Source: Candidatus Nitrosopumilus koreensis AR1 | Lineage (GTDB): Archaea; Thermoproteota; Nitrososphaeria; Nitrososphaerales; Nitrosopumilaceae | DNA length: 32,000 nucleotides | Direction of reading: 5' to 3' | NCBI RefSeq assembly: GCF_000299365.1 | Contig: NC_018655.1 | Location: 1,170,001 to 1,202,000 of the forward strand | Shown: positions 17,535-26,511 of the stretch, piece by piece | Layout of the letters: every line of letters starts with the position of its first letter | How positions within the stretch are numbered: position 1 is the first letter of the stretch | Notes under the pieces: generated by a model | The model's database searches: none | The model's input: the letters and a program-made list of their open reading frames with translations, nothing else | What the model was told of the DNA's origin: nothing | Program-made: the position numbers and the translations under genes

Positions 17535-17547
17535 TTAACATTGTTAA
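17535..17547. promoter_or_regulatory. Palindrome copy B (exact): TTAACATTGTTAA, between divergent promoters
   Basis: Exact match; flanked by TATA-like boxes for the minus-strand C2H2 gene (17499) and the plus-strand wHTH gene (17599). Confidence 0.65.
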
Positions 17548-17598
17548 TTATAACTACTAGGAACAATAGTTAAAGTGTCATTTATTCAATAGTACATA

Positions 17599-17931
17599 GT
17601 GGCCGAGCCAAAAAAATATAGAGATAGAATCTATATTGTAAAAGACATTATTCTTACACTTTCAGAATATGGGGAGTTGAATCAAACTGCATTGTTTAGT
17701 TTTTGTGGATTAAATATTTCAAAGCATAAACAAATTTTAGATAATCTAGAACAAAATGACATCATTCAACGAACAGAGAAAGTAGAAGGAAAAAGAGCTG
17801 TTACGATTTTTAAGGTCACTCCAAAAGGAATGAATTTTTGCCATGAAATATTGGAACCATATGAAAAACTATTTCCAAGAAGTGGTAAATCCTCGGATTC
17901 ATTAAATTTTGGATGCTTATTCTTCGTCTAG
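17599..17931 (+). CDS. Winged-helix DNA-binding protein
   Basis: GTG start; YRDRIYIVKDIILTLSEYGELNQTALFSFCGLNISKHKQILDNLEQNDIIQRTEKVEGKRAVTIFKVTPKGMNF. Confidence 0.85.
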   Translation: MAEPKKYRDRIYIVKDIILTLSEYGELNQTALFSFCGLNISKHKQILDNLEQNDIIQRTEKVEGKRAVTIFKVTPKGMNFCHEILEPYEKLFPRSGKSSDSLNFGCLFFV

Positions 17932-18285
17932 GTGATATTTTGAGGAGATGGCCTTATCCAAGTTTTCTCTTTTTTCCAGATAATTACAATATCGTTTGTT
18001 CCAGGAACTAAGAGATTTGAATTGCCGTATACCTGCAGATAACCAAACACCAGATGTGACCAGAACGACGGTTAACAAAATTATCAGCAATAATGCAAAA
18101 TCATACTCACTTTCAACCAAATGCAGGAATTTTGGATGAGTGACAAGATATAATGAAATTCCTATTGCAAGAGGGGCTAAAATCAGAGCAGATAATGAAA
18201 CACCAAGCATTAAATTTTTGAGTTGTTGAATTTTTTCAATAAAAAGATCCATAGAACTTAAAATATCGTTTCCAAAATCAGACAA
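17917..18285 (-). CDS. Two-TM hypothetical membrane protein
   Basis: LMLGVSLSALILAPLAIGISLYLV...FALLLIILLTVVLVTSGVWLSAGI. Confidence 0.75.
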   Translation of the reverse strand: MSDFGNDILSSMDLFIEKIQQLKNLMLGVSLSALILAPLAIGISLYLVTHPKFLHLVESEYDFALLLIILLTVVLVTSGVWLSAGIRQFKSLSSWNKRYCNYLEKRENLDKAISSKYHLDEE

Positions 18286-18412
18286 ACTTGTATACCTCTA
18301 ATGAACCAAAATTATTTCTTTTAATATATTTTTGATGAATTTTAATTGAGATATCAAAAATGTTTTGATTTTTCACTGTTTCTGTTGTGTATGTGTAGTA
18401 TTTAGGAAATAC

Positions 18413-18425
18413 TTAACAATGTTAA
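18413..18425. promoter_or_regulatory. Palindrome copy C (exact): TTAACAATGTTAA
   Basis: Exact; TATA-like TTTAATTTTA follows, and ATG 18461 is about 30 nt further on. Confidence 0.6.
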
Positions 18426-18460
18426 TTTAATTTTATTAGAAATTCATCATAATTGATTTT

Positions 18461-18565
18461 ATGACTGAGGATAATGATTTAGAGGAAGAAAATCTTGCAA
18501 CCAAGAAAAATAAAGACTGGTGGAGATTAGAAAAATTTCAGATAGGTAGGAAAAGGTTTTCATAA
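18461..18565 (+). CDS. 34-aa charged microprotein
   Basis: MTEDNDLEEENLATKKNKDWWRLEKFQIGRKRFS*, ends 2 nt before the next ATG. Confidence 0.55.
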   Translation: MTEDNDLEEENLATKKNKDWWRLEKFQIGRKRFS

Positions 18566-18567
18566 AC

Positions 18568-18768
18568 ATGGCATTTTCATGTAAAGGCATATGCGACTCA
18601 TTAATGGAAGAACCAGTTCCCAGCGGTTTACGCTACAAACTCGGGCAGAAGAGATGCACATTATGTGGTATTTTTGTTAAAACTACGAATCTAAGATGTC
18701 CTTGTTGTAATGCTCGCTTACGAACAAGATCAAGAAACAAAAAACATTCTAGAAAGCGTATCCATTAA
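18568..18768 (+). CDS. 66-aa zinc-ribbon protein
   Basis: MAFSCKGICDSLMEEPVPSGLRYKLGQKRCTLCGIFVKTTNLRCPCCNARLRTRSRNKK. Confidence 0.8.
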   Translation: MAFSCKGICDSLMEEPVPSGLRYKLGQKRCTLCGIFVKTTNLRCPCCNARLRTRSRNKKHSRKRIH

Positions 18769-18777
18769 CATTGTTAA
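18765..18777. promoter_or_regulatory. Palindrome copy D (exact): TTAACATTGTTAA, overlapping the upstream gene's stop codon
   Basis: Exact; the TAA stop of ORF 18568-18768 is inside the palindrome. Confidence 0.5.
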
Positions 18778-18938
18778 GCATTTCCTAAATATCAAAAAAA
18801 TGAATCATAATTAATGCAGAGCAAACTACTCCAAAAAGGAAATAATGACAACTGTTGTTCTATCCTAGTTTTCATTTACTGCCATTAGACACGGTAATTT
18901 CCTTTTTGCTCCTGCAGTACCATTTATCTAAATTCGGG

Positions 18939-18951
18939 TTAACAATGTTAA
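18939..18951. promoter_or_regulatory. Palindrome copy E (exact): TTAACAATGTTAA
   Basis: Exact; TATATTA follows at about 18957, with ATG 18990 at leaderless spacing. Confidence 0.65.
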
Positions 18952-18989
18952 CTGAAGTATATTACATACAAATCTGATAAAAATACAAA

Positions 18990-19154
18990 ATGGTAAAACT
19001 CAAGTGTGTTGATTATGGATTTGAATGTGATTTTGTAGCAGAGGGAGAGATGCAACAAGTAATTGATGAATTTGGACATCATACTGATGAAGAACACGGA
19101 ATTGATTATTCCAAAGAAGCTTTGATGCAATTTATCTTGAGAAAAACCACGTAA
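18990..19154 (+). CDS. DUF1059-like small protein
   Basis: MVKLKCVDYGFECDFVAEGEMQQVIDEFGHHTDEEHGIDYSKEALMQFILRKTT*, matching the recalled CRDxGxDCDFVAxG...H..HG pattern. Confidence 0.7.
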   Translation: MVKLKCVDYGFECDFVAEGEMQQVIDEFGHHTDEEHGIDYSKEALMQFILRKTT

Positions 19155-19166
19155 CACAAATCAAGG

Positions 19167-19826
19167 ATGAATTTAATGATTGAATTTTTTGACCATAATC
19201 TAGTATTACAGTTCCTAGATTCTGTTTTTCTTCAAGGAGATGGAGGCATATTTGGATTTATGGGTAAAGGTCGAGATGCATTAGGTAGTGATGATCCCAT
19301 AGTAAAGGGGCTTATTCCAACATTATTTGGAGTGACTTTATTTGGAATTTTATTGAATTTCTTCAATTCTGCAGTTAGAAAGAAGATGGTTGATCAAACA
19401 AAACTAAAACGAATAATGAAGGAGACTCGTAGATGGCAAAAAGAAAGAATGGCTGCAATGCGAGCAAAAGATACTGCAAAAACAGCTGAACTAAACAAGA
19501 AATCTGCATACATGAACAAGATGTCAATGGAGATGATGCAGATGAATATGAGACCGATGATGATTACGTTCGTTCCTTTGATTTTGATTTTTTATTTGGT
19601 TTTGCCTCAATTATTTGCCCACACAGTTGCATTAAGTCCAATACCACTAAATGTGATTCCAGGTGATTTTTTTCACCTAACATGTACTGCTGAACAAGTA
19701 GCAGATCCAGACAATGTCTGCACCCAAGAAAATGCGTTATATCTTTGGGCATGGTATTTCCTTTCATCCATTGCATTTAGTGGAATAATTATGAAATTAA
19801 CCAAAACATCAATGGGGGCAGATTAA
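19167..19826 (+). CDS. DUF106/EMC3-TMCO1 (YidC/Oxa1-superfamily) membrane protein
   Basis: TM segments around a cytosolic coiled region KKMVDQTKLKRIMKETRRWQKERMAAMRAKDTAKTAELNKKSAYMNKMSMEMMQMNMRPMMITFVPLILIF. Confidence 0.88.
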   Translation: MNLMIEFFDHNLVLQFLDSVFLQGDGGIFGFMGKGRDALGSDDPIVKGLIPTLFGVTLFGILLNFFNSAVRKKMVDQTKLKRIMKETRRWQKERMAAMRAKDTAKTAELNKKSAYMNKMSMEMMQMNMRPMMITFVPLILIFYLVLPQLFAHTVALSPIPLNVIPGDFFHLTCTAEQVADPDNVCTQENALYLWAWYFLSSIAFSGIIMKLTKTSMGAD

Positions 19827-19859
19827 AAATCTGAATCAAGTTCATAAACTTAAAAAAGA

Positions 19860-20015
19860 TTAATTATTATTTCTAAATGACCATTTTGTTTCTTCATGAG
19901 GCCTTACAAATTTTTCAGGAGAAACTTTACTATGATCACTTTTGATATGAGACATGTAATTTACAAGTGATGAGAAATTCTGATTGCATATTGGGCAGAC
20001 TTTTGTAAATCCCAT
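19860..20015 (-). CDS. 51-aa single C2H2 zinc-finger protein
   Basis: MGFTKVCPICNQNFSSLVNYMSHIKSDHSKVSPEKFVRPHEETKWSFRNNN*. Confidence 0.7.
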   Translation of the reverse strand: MGFTKVCPICNQNFSSLVNYMSHIKSDHSKVSPEKFVRPHEETKWSFRNNN

Positions 20016-20050
20016 AAGCATTATTGGAAAATATTTCTTTTAGAAGTTCC

Positions 20051-20063
20051 TTAACAATGTTAA
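20051..20063. promoter_or_regulatory. Palindrome copy F (exact): TTAACAATGTTAA
   Basis: Exact; 36 nt upstream of the minus-strand C2H2 gene start at 20015. Confidence 0.6.
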
Positions 20064-20350
20064 TTATCACATACATTTAGAAAAATTATTTCAACAGTAT
20101 ACTGCTTATGTTTTTCCAAACTCACTAATTCAACAATTAGCCAGTTAAATGAGCAAAAATGTCTACTTTGTAAACTATAAACCAACCCCAAATACTAAGT
20201 TAAAATTCTCTTGAGTGGGGCATCACATTCCACGCACTCGAAGAGGTGCTTCCGCAGAAAACTCGATAATCAAATTACTCCAAAGTTGTTAAAAAGTATT
20301 CCTGATAATTGATTTGAGATTTTTATTGAGCAAAAATAGCATGAAAAAAT

Positions 20351-21007
20351 ATGAAAACAATTGCTGTAATCATAGCCATAATAATAGCATTCAGTCTGAC
20401 ATTATATCCATCTGCATATGCAGAGCCCTCTGTGGAGATAATTATGGAAAAAACAACTTACAGTTATTGTGAAAAATTATTCTATACAATCAATGTTTCA
20501 GAGATCACAGGAAATCCTGCAATTATTCACATCCGAGATGAAACAGGAAAAGGCAGTAGTGCAATACCTATTCCAATAACAGATTTACAAAATCCAGTAC
20601 CATCACGTGTTGCTTTTGAAAAAGAAATTTTTCCATTAGGAAAATATTTCATTGATGTAGAATATGAAGGAGTTCAAACCACAGCAGAGTTTGAATTAGT
20701 TGATTCAAACAAACCATGTATCCCAGAATTGATTAAACCAATAATGGCAAATTGGCTTTCAGGTAATATTTCTGATGGATTTTTAATTGACGCTTTTCAA
20801 AAATATGTTGACAGTCAAATAATAGACATACCTTTTGAAATTAACGAAACAAATGTTTATGACATCACTATTCCAGAATGGGTAAAAAATGTAGGATATT
20901 GGTGGATTGAAGGGGTGATATCAGATGATGATTTTGGACAAGCGGTAAATTACCTAATTGAGAAAAATATAATCAAAAATACAAGTCAGGCAGAAAACGA
21001 ATTATGA
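20351..21007 (+). CDS. Secreted hypothetical protein
   Basis: Signal peptide MKTIAVIIAIIIAFSLTLYPSAYA; Ig-like N-terminal part; C-terminal IPEWVKNVGYWWIEGVISDDDFGQAVNYLIEKNII. Confidence 0.85.
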   Translation: MKTIAVIIAIIIAFSLTLYPSAYAEPSVEIIMEKTTYSYCEKLFYTINVSEITGNPAIIHIRDETGKGSSAIPIPITDLQNPVPSRVAFEKEIFPLGKYFIDVEYEGVQTTAEFELVDSNKPCIPELIKPIMANWLSGNISDGFLIDAFQKYVDSQIIDIPFEINETNVYDITIPEWVKNVGYWWIEGVISDDDFGQAVNYLIEKNIIKNTSQAENEL

Positions 21008-21519
21008 ACAAGTATTCAATCATCACAGTTATTGCAATCATAGTTATTGTTATTCCATTTGCACATTCTGGGTTAAGTATAGCAGGGATGCAGCAACTGG
21101 AATACAGATGGAATGGTCCTGGTGAATTTACTTTTTTTGCAATGTCAAATTCAGGAGATGTTGAATTTTGTAATACATTACCAATTTGGATGAGTTTTCA
21201 GAAATTTGAAATTGCAACATTTTATGAAAAAAATCATCTAGGATCATTTGTAGTAGGGCCAACCACCATCAACCCATTATCAGCAACAGTCAATGAGGGT
21301 GTTTTTACATCAGAAGAAATTACAGCAGCTCAACATAATTTTATGACATTTGATTTTGAATTTGATGGGGGAGATATCAGACTAGATCCTAATCAATTCA
21401 TAGTTGTGATCAGTTCAGAGACACCAATAATAGGAATAATCCCATATTCATCAACAACTCAGATTACAGGTTATGATTTTGATCAAAAGATGAATGTTAA
21501 TGATTTGACTTGTAACTAG
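21004..21519 (+). CDS. Secreted/anchored hypothetical protein
   Basis: ATGA overlap with the upstream gene; N-terminal hydrophobic segment YSIITVIAIIVIVIPFAHSGLSIAG. Confidence 0.8.
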   Translation: MNKYSIITVIAIIVIVIPFAHSGLSIAGMQQLEYRWNGPGEFTFFAMSNSGDVEFCNTLPIWMSFQKFEIATFYEKNHLGSFVVGPTTINPLSATVNEGVFTSEEITAAQHNFMTFDFEFDGGDIRLDPNQFIVVISSETPIIGIIPYSSTTQITGYDFDQKMNVNDLTCN

Positions 21520-22556
21520 TCGCTACTTTTACTGGCTTTGGACATTAATGCCAATATTATTGCCACTGCTCCAGTAATGATAAACGCGGCCATAACTCCA
21601 TATCCTAATTCTTTACCAAGTCCTTTGAAGGAAGTTTCTTTAGGAACAGATGTTTTAGGTTCAACCACACACATTCCATCTTTTAGAACAGTTCCAGAAC
21701 CGCATCTTTCATCTAAAACACATACACCGTCTTTTAGAATAGTTCCTTCTCCACATTCTGTTGTTTCTTTAGGAGTATCCACAGGTGTTTCTACAGGGGT
21801 TTCAACAGTAGATTCAGACTGTTCTTCTTCAATTTCTGCAATTAGTTTATCTAATTCAGATTTTGAAATATCTAGTGCTTCATGAAAAGTATAGTCTGAA
21901 TAATTATCTTCAAACCATTTTTTGTAAGAGGGTTCAGTGACATATCTTTCAACATAATATTTTGTATCTTTAGAAGAATCTACAAAAGATGCGGGAATTT
22001 GTTTTTCAGTTGTTTCATCTACCATAGATTCATCATCAGATGATTCATCCAGAGTTTGGCCAAATACAGTTCCAATTATTTCTAAATCTTCAGAACCAGC
22101 AGGTATTTTGATGTTTAAAGTTCTACTTTGAGCAGTGGTGGTTTCTGAAAAATCAGCTTCTAAACCATCAACTATAACGAAAAATGGATCATCTTCACCA
22201 TCATAAATTGAATCAAAAAATGTACGTTCAAAAATTATATTTAATTCTCCAGAGTCACCAATTACATTAATTCCAAAAAGCAGTTCTGCAGAATCAGATA
22301 AAGTTTCGGCAGTAACACTAGTAATTTCAACTTGTTTAGCAGTATATTCAAAATCATAAGGCGTGCCATCAACATCAACTGACATTGTTTCAGCATACAC
22401 AAATGCTGATGAGATAATTGTAAAGAAGATCAATCCAAGAGATATTTTTAACAAAGAATTTCCATTTGGCAAATGTCTTAGTCGTTCAGATTGAAATTGT
22501 CTCATGCTAGTGTTATTCAATACGATTAACGTCCTCCAAATAGATGTTAAAAACAA
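21516..22556 (-). CDS. Secreted protein with C-terminal TM anchor and GTxLKDGxCV repeats (true start likely internal)
   Basis: Signal-like LLKISLGLIFFTIISSAFVYA; ECGEGTILKDGVCVLDERCGSGTVLKDGMCVVEP; TM YGVMAAFIITGAVAIILALM. Confidence 0.82.
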   Translation of the reverse strand: MFLTSIWRTLIVLNNTSMRQFQSERLRHLPNGNSLLKISLGLIFFTIISSAFVYAETMSVDVDGTPYDFEYTAKQVEITSVTAETLSDSAELLFGINVIGDSGELNIIFERTFFDSIYDGEDDPFFVIVDGLEADFSETTTAQSRTLNIKIPAGSEDLEIIGTVFGQTLDESSDDESMVDETTEKQIPASFVDSSKDTKYYVERYVTEPSYKKWFEDNYSDYTFHEALDISKSELDKLIAEIEEEQSESTVETPVETPVDTPKETTECGEGTILKDGVCVLDERCGSGTVLKDGMCVVEPKTSVPKETSFKGLGKELGYGVMAAFIITGAVAIILALMSKASKSSD

Positions 22557-22624
22557 AGAGACGACAATAAATCACGTAAAAGTCAATTTTTTTGCTTATT
22601 TTTAAAGTTCAGGCAGAAATTCTT

Positions 22625-23557
22625 CTAGATTACGCCTCTCAAAATCTGAACAATCTTCTCAGCAATTACATTTGCAGCCAAAGATTGCGCTTCTTTTGTT
22701 TGAGCGCCAATATGAGGAGTTAAGATTACATTGTCAAGTTCTGCTAGCTTTGTTCCAATAGCAGGTTCTTTTTCAAATACATCTAAAGCTGCACCACCCA
22801 GAGTACCATTTTTGAGAGCATCATAAAGTGCATCCTCATCAACCACACCACCTCTAGAAGTATTGATAATTTTTGCAGTATTTTTCATAGTAGACATTTT
22901 TTGTGCATCCAATAGATGATAAGTTGAATCTAATAATGGAACATGAATAGAGATGTAATCAGAGCTTTGAAGCAATGTATTCAAATCTGCTTTCATCAAA
23001 CCAACTTCTTTTGAAAATTCTTCATCGATTGGAACCACATCATATCCGATAATGTTCATGTTTAGTGCATGTGCAAGTCTACCTAATCTTTTTCCAATAT
23101 TTCCTAGTCCAATAATTCCAAGATATTTTCCCCTAAGTTCCGTTCCTTTCAATTCTTTTTTGAGCCATTGTTCATTTCTAATTCCTCTATCACCACGTGT
23201 GGTTTGTCTTGCAAGAGATAACATTAAGCCTAAAACTAATTCAGCAACGGCATTCATTGCGCCTTCAACGGCATTAATTACTCGAATATTTTTTGCTTTT
23301 GCAGCTTCTTGATCAACATTATCTAGTCCAACACCTACACGAGCAATAATTTTACAATTATCAGCTTTATCGATCATGTCTTTTGTAATTGTAGTTCTAC
23401 TTCTAACAATTACAATATTGTAGTTAGCAATTTTTTCTAAAATTTGTTCAGGGGTAATTTCTGGTTCATATGATACTTTCAGACCATTATCTTCTAAAAT
23501 TTTATTTAAAATTGGATCTACTTCATCACAAATTAGTACAGAATCATCAAATCCCAT
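22625..23557 (-). CDS. serA: D-3-phosphoglycerate dehydrogenase-like 2-hydroxyacid dehydrogenase
   Basis: GLGNIGKRLGRLAHALNMNIIGYD NAD-binding motif; KNTAKIINTSRGGVVDEDAL; NVILTPHIGAQTKEAQ. No ACT domain. Confidence 0.9.
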   Translation of the reverse strand: MGFDDSVLICDEVDPILNKILEDNGLKVSYEPEITPEQILEKIANYNIVIVRSRTTITKDMIDKADNCKIIARVGVGLDNVDQEAAKAKNIRVINAVEGAMNAVAELVLGLMLSLARQTTRGDRGIRNEQWLKKELKGTELRGKYLGIIGLGNIGKRLGRLAHALNMNIIGYDVVPIDEEFSKEVGLMKADLNTLLQSSDYISIHVPLLDSTYHLLDAQKMSTMKNTAKIINTSRGGVVDEDALYDALKNGTLGGAALDVFEKEPAIGTKLAELDNVILTPHIGAQTKEAQSLAANVIAEKIVQILRGVI

Positions 23558-23624
23558 GAAATAAGAAATAGAGCTACGGAATATAATTCATTCAAAATAA
23601 TAAAAAGAAAAAGATGTTATGTTA

Positions 23625-25037
23625 TCAAGAAGTTAGCATTTCGGCTACTACAGGAATTACTTCCCATAATGCGACATAATCGCCACTTGCTTGCATTTCA
23701 GAAGCTACTTCATCAGTGTATAAACCGTGAATGTTTAGTGCAGGATGAGCAATACTGTTTGCTCCCATTGGTGGGACAGCATCACTTGGATTGCCTAAAG
23801 CGTATGCATAAGATGCTACTGGTGCTGGAATAACTCCTTTCTCAACGAGAACTGGGTTCAAGCCGAATGGGTCACCTGCTACAAAGACTGTAGCTGCGCC
23901 AGTGTAAATTGCTGCATAGTCATGGTTTACTGCTGCATATGCACCTGGTTCATCAAAGACCAAGTCAACAATCATGTTCTGTGAGCCACCGAGTAACCAT
24001 GTTTCAGTTGCTGCGGATTGGACTCTATTGCCTTGGACAACTCTATCCAAAATTTCTCCAACAATGTGGAAGAATAGTGGTTCGTTACCATGGTTTTCAA
24101 TAAAGAGTCTCACGTGTTGATCATTTTCAACAAACAAGAGTTGTGATTGGTATTGCTTGTGTTCAAGTCCATTCCATGGTTGTGCAACAAAGATGTTCTT
24201 GTTTACATCGCCATTGACGAGTAAGTTATGAGCCATGTTTGGTACATAACCAAATTGCATTCCGTTAACAACTGTTGCAGTGTTATGATGTTGGAACATT
24301 GCTCCTGCATCATAGTTGCCTTCAGGTGTAAGGTACAATTGATTGTATTGGAGTTGGAACTCTAATGCATCTGCATCATAGAATTTTCTGTCAATTTCGC
24401 CACTTCCACTGGTTTTCTCAACCATTAATTTCTTGTATCCATCAGCTGGATCAACAATTGCAATTCCGTACATGCCGGAAAGTACATGTTGGTCCATACC
24501 AATTAGTTTGACACCAGAACAATGGTATTTGAAAACACCAGCAGCTTCAGCGATGTAACAGTACTGACTTGTTTCACCAGGATTAACTGATTCAAAGTTT
24601 CCTGCTGACATTTGTGATGCGTGCATGTCGTTACCGTGTCCAGTAACTTCATCATCTGGAATTGTAAGTGTCATTTTTACAACATCGCCTTGTGTGACTC
24701 TAAGTGTTGGTCCTGGGACTTGTCCACTAAAGGTCATGGCATTGTAAGTTTTTCCTCCCATAATTGGAAGTTCAACACTTTCACCAGTCAAGTTAAACTC
24801 AACTACTGTTCTACCAGAATTTTCTAGAACACCACAATCAGTTTCTGCGAATGCTTGAGGCATTACAAGCTGCAAACCGCCCATTTGATGGATTTTCTCA
24901 ATTACATCGATATCCATTTTTTCCATATCGAGTGATTGCCCACCAATTTGGGTTTGTGTGTATGTGCTTCCGAATAAGGTTGCGCCCATTACAGCTACTG
25001 CTGCAATTGTAAAGAGCATACTAACACGCTTATTCAT
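23625..25037 (-). CDS. nirK: AOA-type copper nitrite reductase / multicopper oxidase
   Basis: Cupredoxin copper motifs: GNDMHASQM; SQYCYIAEAAGVFKYHCSG...MDQHVLSGMYG; LFFHIVGEI; signal peptide. Confidence 0.88.
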   Translation of the reverse strand: MNKRVSMLFTIAAVAVMGATLFGSTYTQTQIGGQSLDMEKMDIDVIEKIHQMGGLQLVMPQAFAETDCGVLENSGRTVVEFNLTGESVELPIMGGKTYNAMTFSGQVPGPTLRVTQGDVVKMTLTIPDDEVTGHGNDMHASQMSAGNFESVNPGETSQYCYIAEAAGVFKYHCSGVKLIGMDQHVLSGMYGIAIVDPADGYKKLMVEKTSGSGEIDRKFYDADALEFQLQYNQLYLTPEGNYDAGAMFQHHNTATVVNGMQFGYVPNMAHNLLVNGDVNKNIFVAQPWNGLEHKQYQSQLLFVENDQHVRLFIENHGNEPLFFHIVGEILDRVVQGNRVQSAATETWLLGGSQNMIVDLVFDEPGAYAAVNHDYAAIYTGAATVFVAGDPFGLNPVLVEKGVIPAPVASYAYALGNPSDAVPPMGANSIAHPALNIHGLYTDEVASEMQASGDYVALWEVIPVVAEMLTS

Positions 25038-25146
25038 TATCAGCGTTGGTCTCTGAATCCTATATAATAATTCCCATTATGGATATATGATTTTATGAAA
25101 ATATCTGAAAAAGAATGAATAGTGGGGCAAAATAATTGGTTTTAGA

Positions 25147-26508
25147 ATGAAATTTCGATTAGATCAAGACTCACTAGGTAAAGTCAAAATCCCATCTGAC
25201 GCATATTATGGGGCATTTACTGGTAGAGCAATCAAGCAATATCATGTAACAGGAAACAAATCTCACGAGAATTTGATAAAGTCGTTTGTCATGATAAAAC
25301 GATCAGCTGCTGTGGCAAACATGAAAACAAAGGTTATTGACGCTAGACGTGGAAAAGCAATAGTTTCTGCTTGTGATAAAATTTTGTCAGGAAAACACGT
25401 TGATCAGTTTGTTGTAGACATGATAAACTCCGGGGCAGGAACTGCATTTAACATGAATTCAAACGAAGTAATTGCAAATGTAGCATTAGAAATTTTACAT
25501 AAAAAGAAAGGACAATACGAGTTCTTACATCCAAATGATCACGTAAACATGTCACAATCAAGTAACGATACATATCCAACAGCCATGCATGTTGCAATTT
25601 TGATGAATCTCAAAGAAACAATTCTATCTATTGATATTTTGATAAAGTCGTTATCAAAAAAAGCAAAGCAATTTTCGTCATTTAAGAAAATCGGAAGAAC
25701 ACATCTTATGGATGCATTACCAGTTACATTAGGTAGTGAATTTGCAGCTTATGTTACATCAATTACAAAAGCAAGAAATGAAATTGTTGCATCACAAAAA
25801 GAATTACAAAATGTTGCATTAGGAGGAACGGCTGTTGGCTCTGGTGCAAATACACCAAAAGGTTACAGGAAGATTGCAATTTCAGAACTTGCAAAAATTT
25901 CAAAATTATCATTAAAACCTGAAAAAGACATGCAGCATGGATTGCAAAGCAAGTATGCAGTTGCAAATTGTTCAAGTGCATTACGCAACCTAGCATTAGA
26001 AATTGGAAAACTTGCAAATGATATCAGATTAATGGCATCAGGTCCAATTGCAGGGCTAGCAGAGATTGGAATTCCTGCAGTTCATGCAGGTTCCTCAATT
26101 ATGCCTGGAAAAGTAAACCCATCATTAGCAGAATGCATGAACATGATTTGTTTCAACATTATTGGAAATGATACTGCAGTATCTTATGCAGCACAAAGTG
26201 GACAGTTTGAGCTTAATGTAATGCTGCCAGGAATGCTAAAGTGCATGTTAGAGTCAACAGATATGTTAAAGAATTTCTTGCCAATATTTTCTGCAAATCT
26301 TATTGATGGTTTAACTGCAAACAAAGATAAATTGCGTGCTGACATTGAAAACAGTCCAGTAATTGTTACGCTGTTAACACCAAAAATCGGATATCTAAAA
26401 TCTGCAGAACTTTTCAAAGAATCGTTAAAAACAGGAAAAACTATCAGAGAATTAGTTGTTTCAAAGAAATTAATGACTAACAAAGAAATCGACTCTCTGT
26501 TTGGATAA
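25147..26508 (+). CDS. fumC: Fumarase class II / aspartate ammonia-lyase superfamily enzyme
   Basis: NMSQSSNDTYPTAMH; GRTHLMDALPVTLG; VALGGTAVGSG; signature GSSIMPGKVNPSLAE. Confidence 0.88.
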   Translation: MKFRLDQDSLGKVKIPSDAYYGAFTGRAIKQYHVTGNKSHENLIKSFVMIKRSAAVANMKTKVIDARRGKAIVSACDKILSGKHVDQFVVDMINSGAGTAFNMNSNEVIANVALEILHKKKGQYEFLHPNDHVNMSQSSNDTYPTAMHVAILMNLKETILSIDILIKSLSKKAKQFSSFKKIGRTHLMDALPVTLGSEFAAYVTSITKARNEIVASQKELQNVALGGTAVGSGANTPKGYRKIAISELAKISKLSLKPEKDMQHGLQSKYAVANCSSALRNLALEIGKLANDIRLMASGPIAGLAEIGIPAVHAGSSIMPGKVNPSLAECMNMICFNIIGNDTAVSYAAQSGQFELNVMLPGMLKCMLESTDMLKNFLPIFSANLIDGLTANKDKLRADIENSPVIVTLLTPKIGYLKSAELFKESLKTGKTIRELVVSKKLMTNKEIDSLFG

Positions 26509-26511
26509 AGT

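Larger units (their letters stand above)
18399..18791. repeat. Two-gene microprotein cassette bounded by 28-bp inverted repeats
   Basis: TATTTAGGAAATACTTAACAATGTTAAT (18399-18426) and ATTAACATTGTTAAGCATTTCCTAAATA (18764-18791) are reverse complements at 27/28 positions. Confidence 0.7.

Noticed and set aside
17562-17574. GAACAATAGTTAA as an additional palindrome copy
   Set aside because: Too many departures from the TTAACAWTGTTAA arms, and it lies between the TATA-like box and the start codon; kept out of the motif set.
21538-21885. 115-aa Ser/Thr-rich plus-strand ORF
   Set aside because: Antisense shadow of the 21516-22556 surface protein gene.
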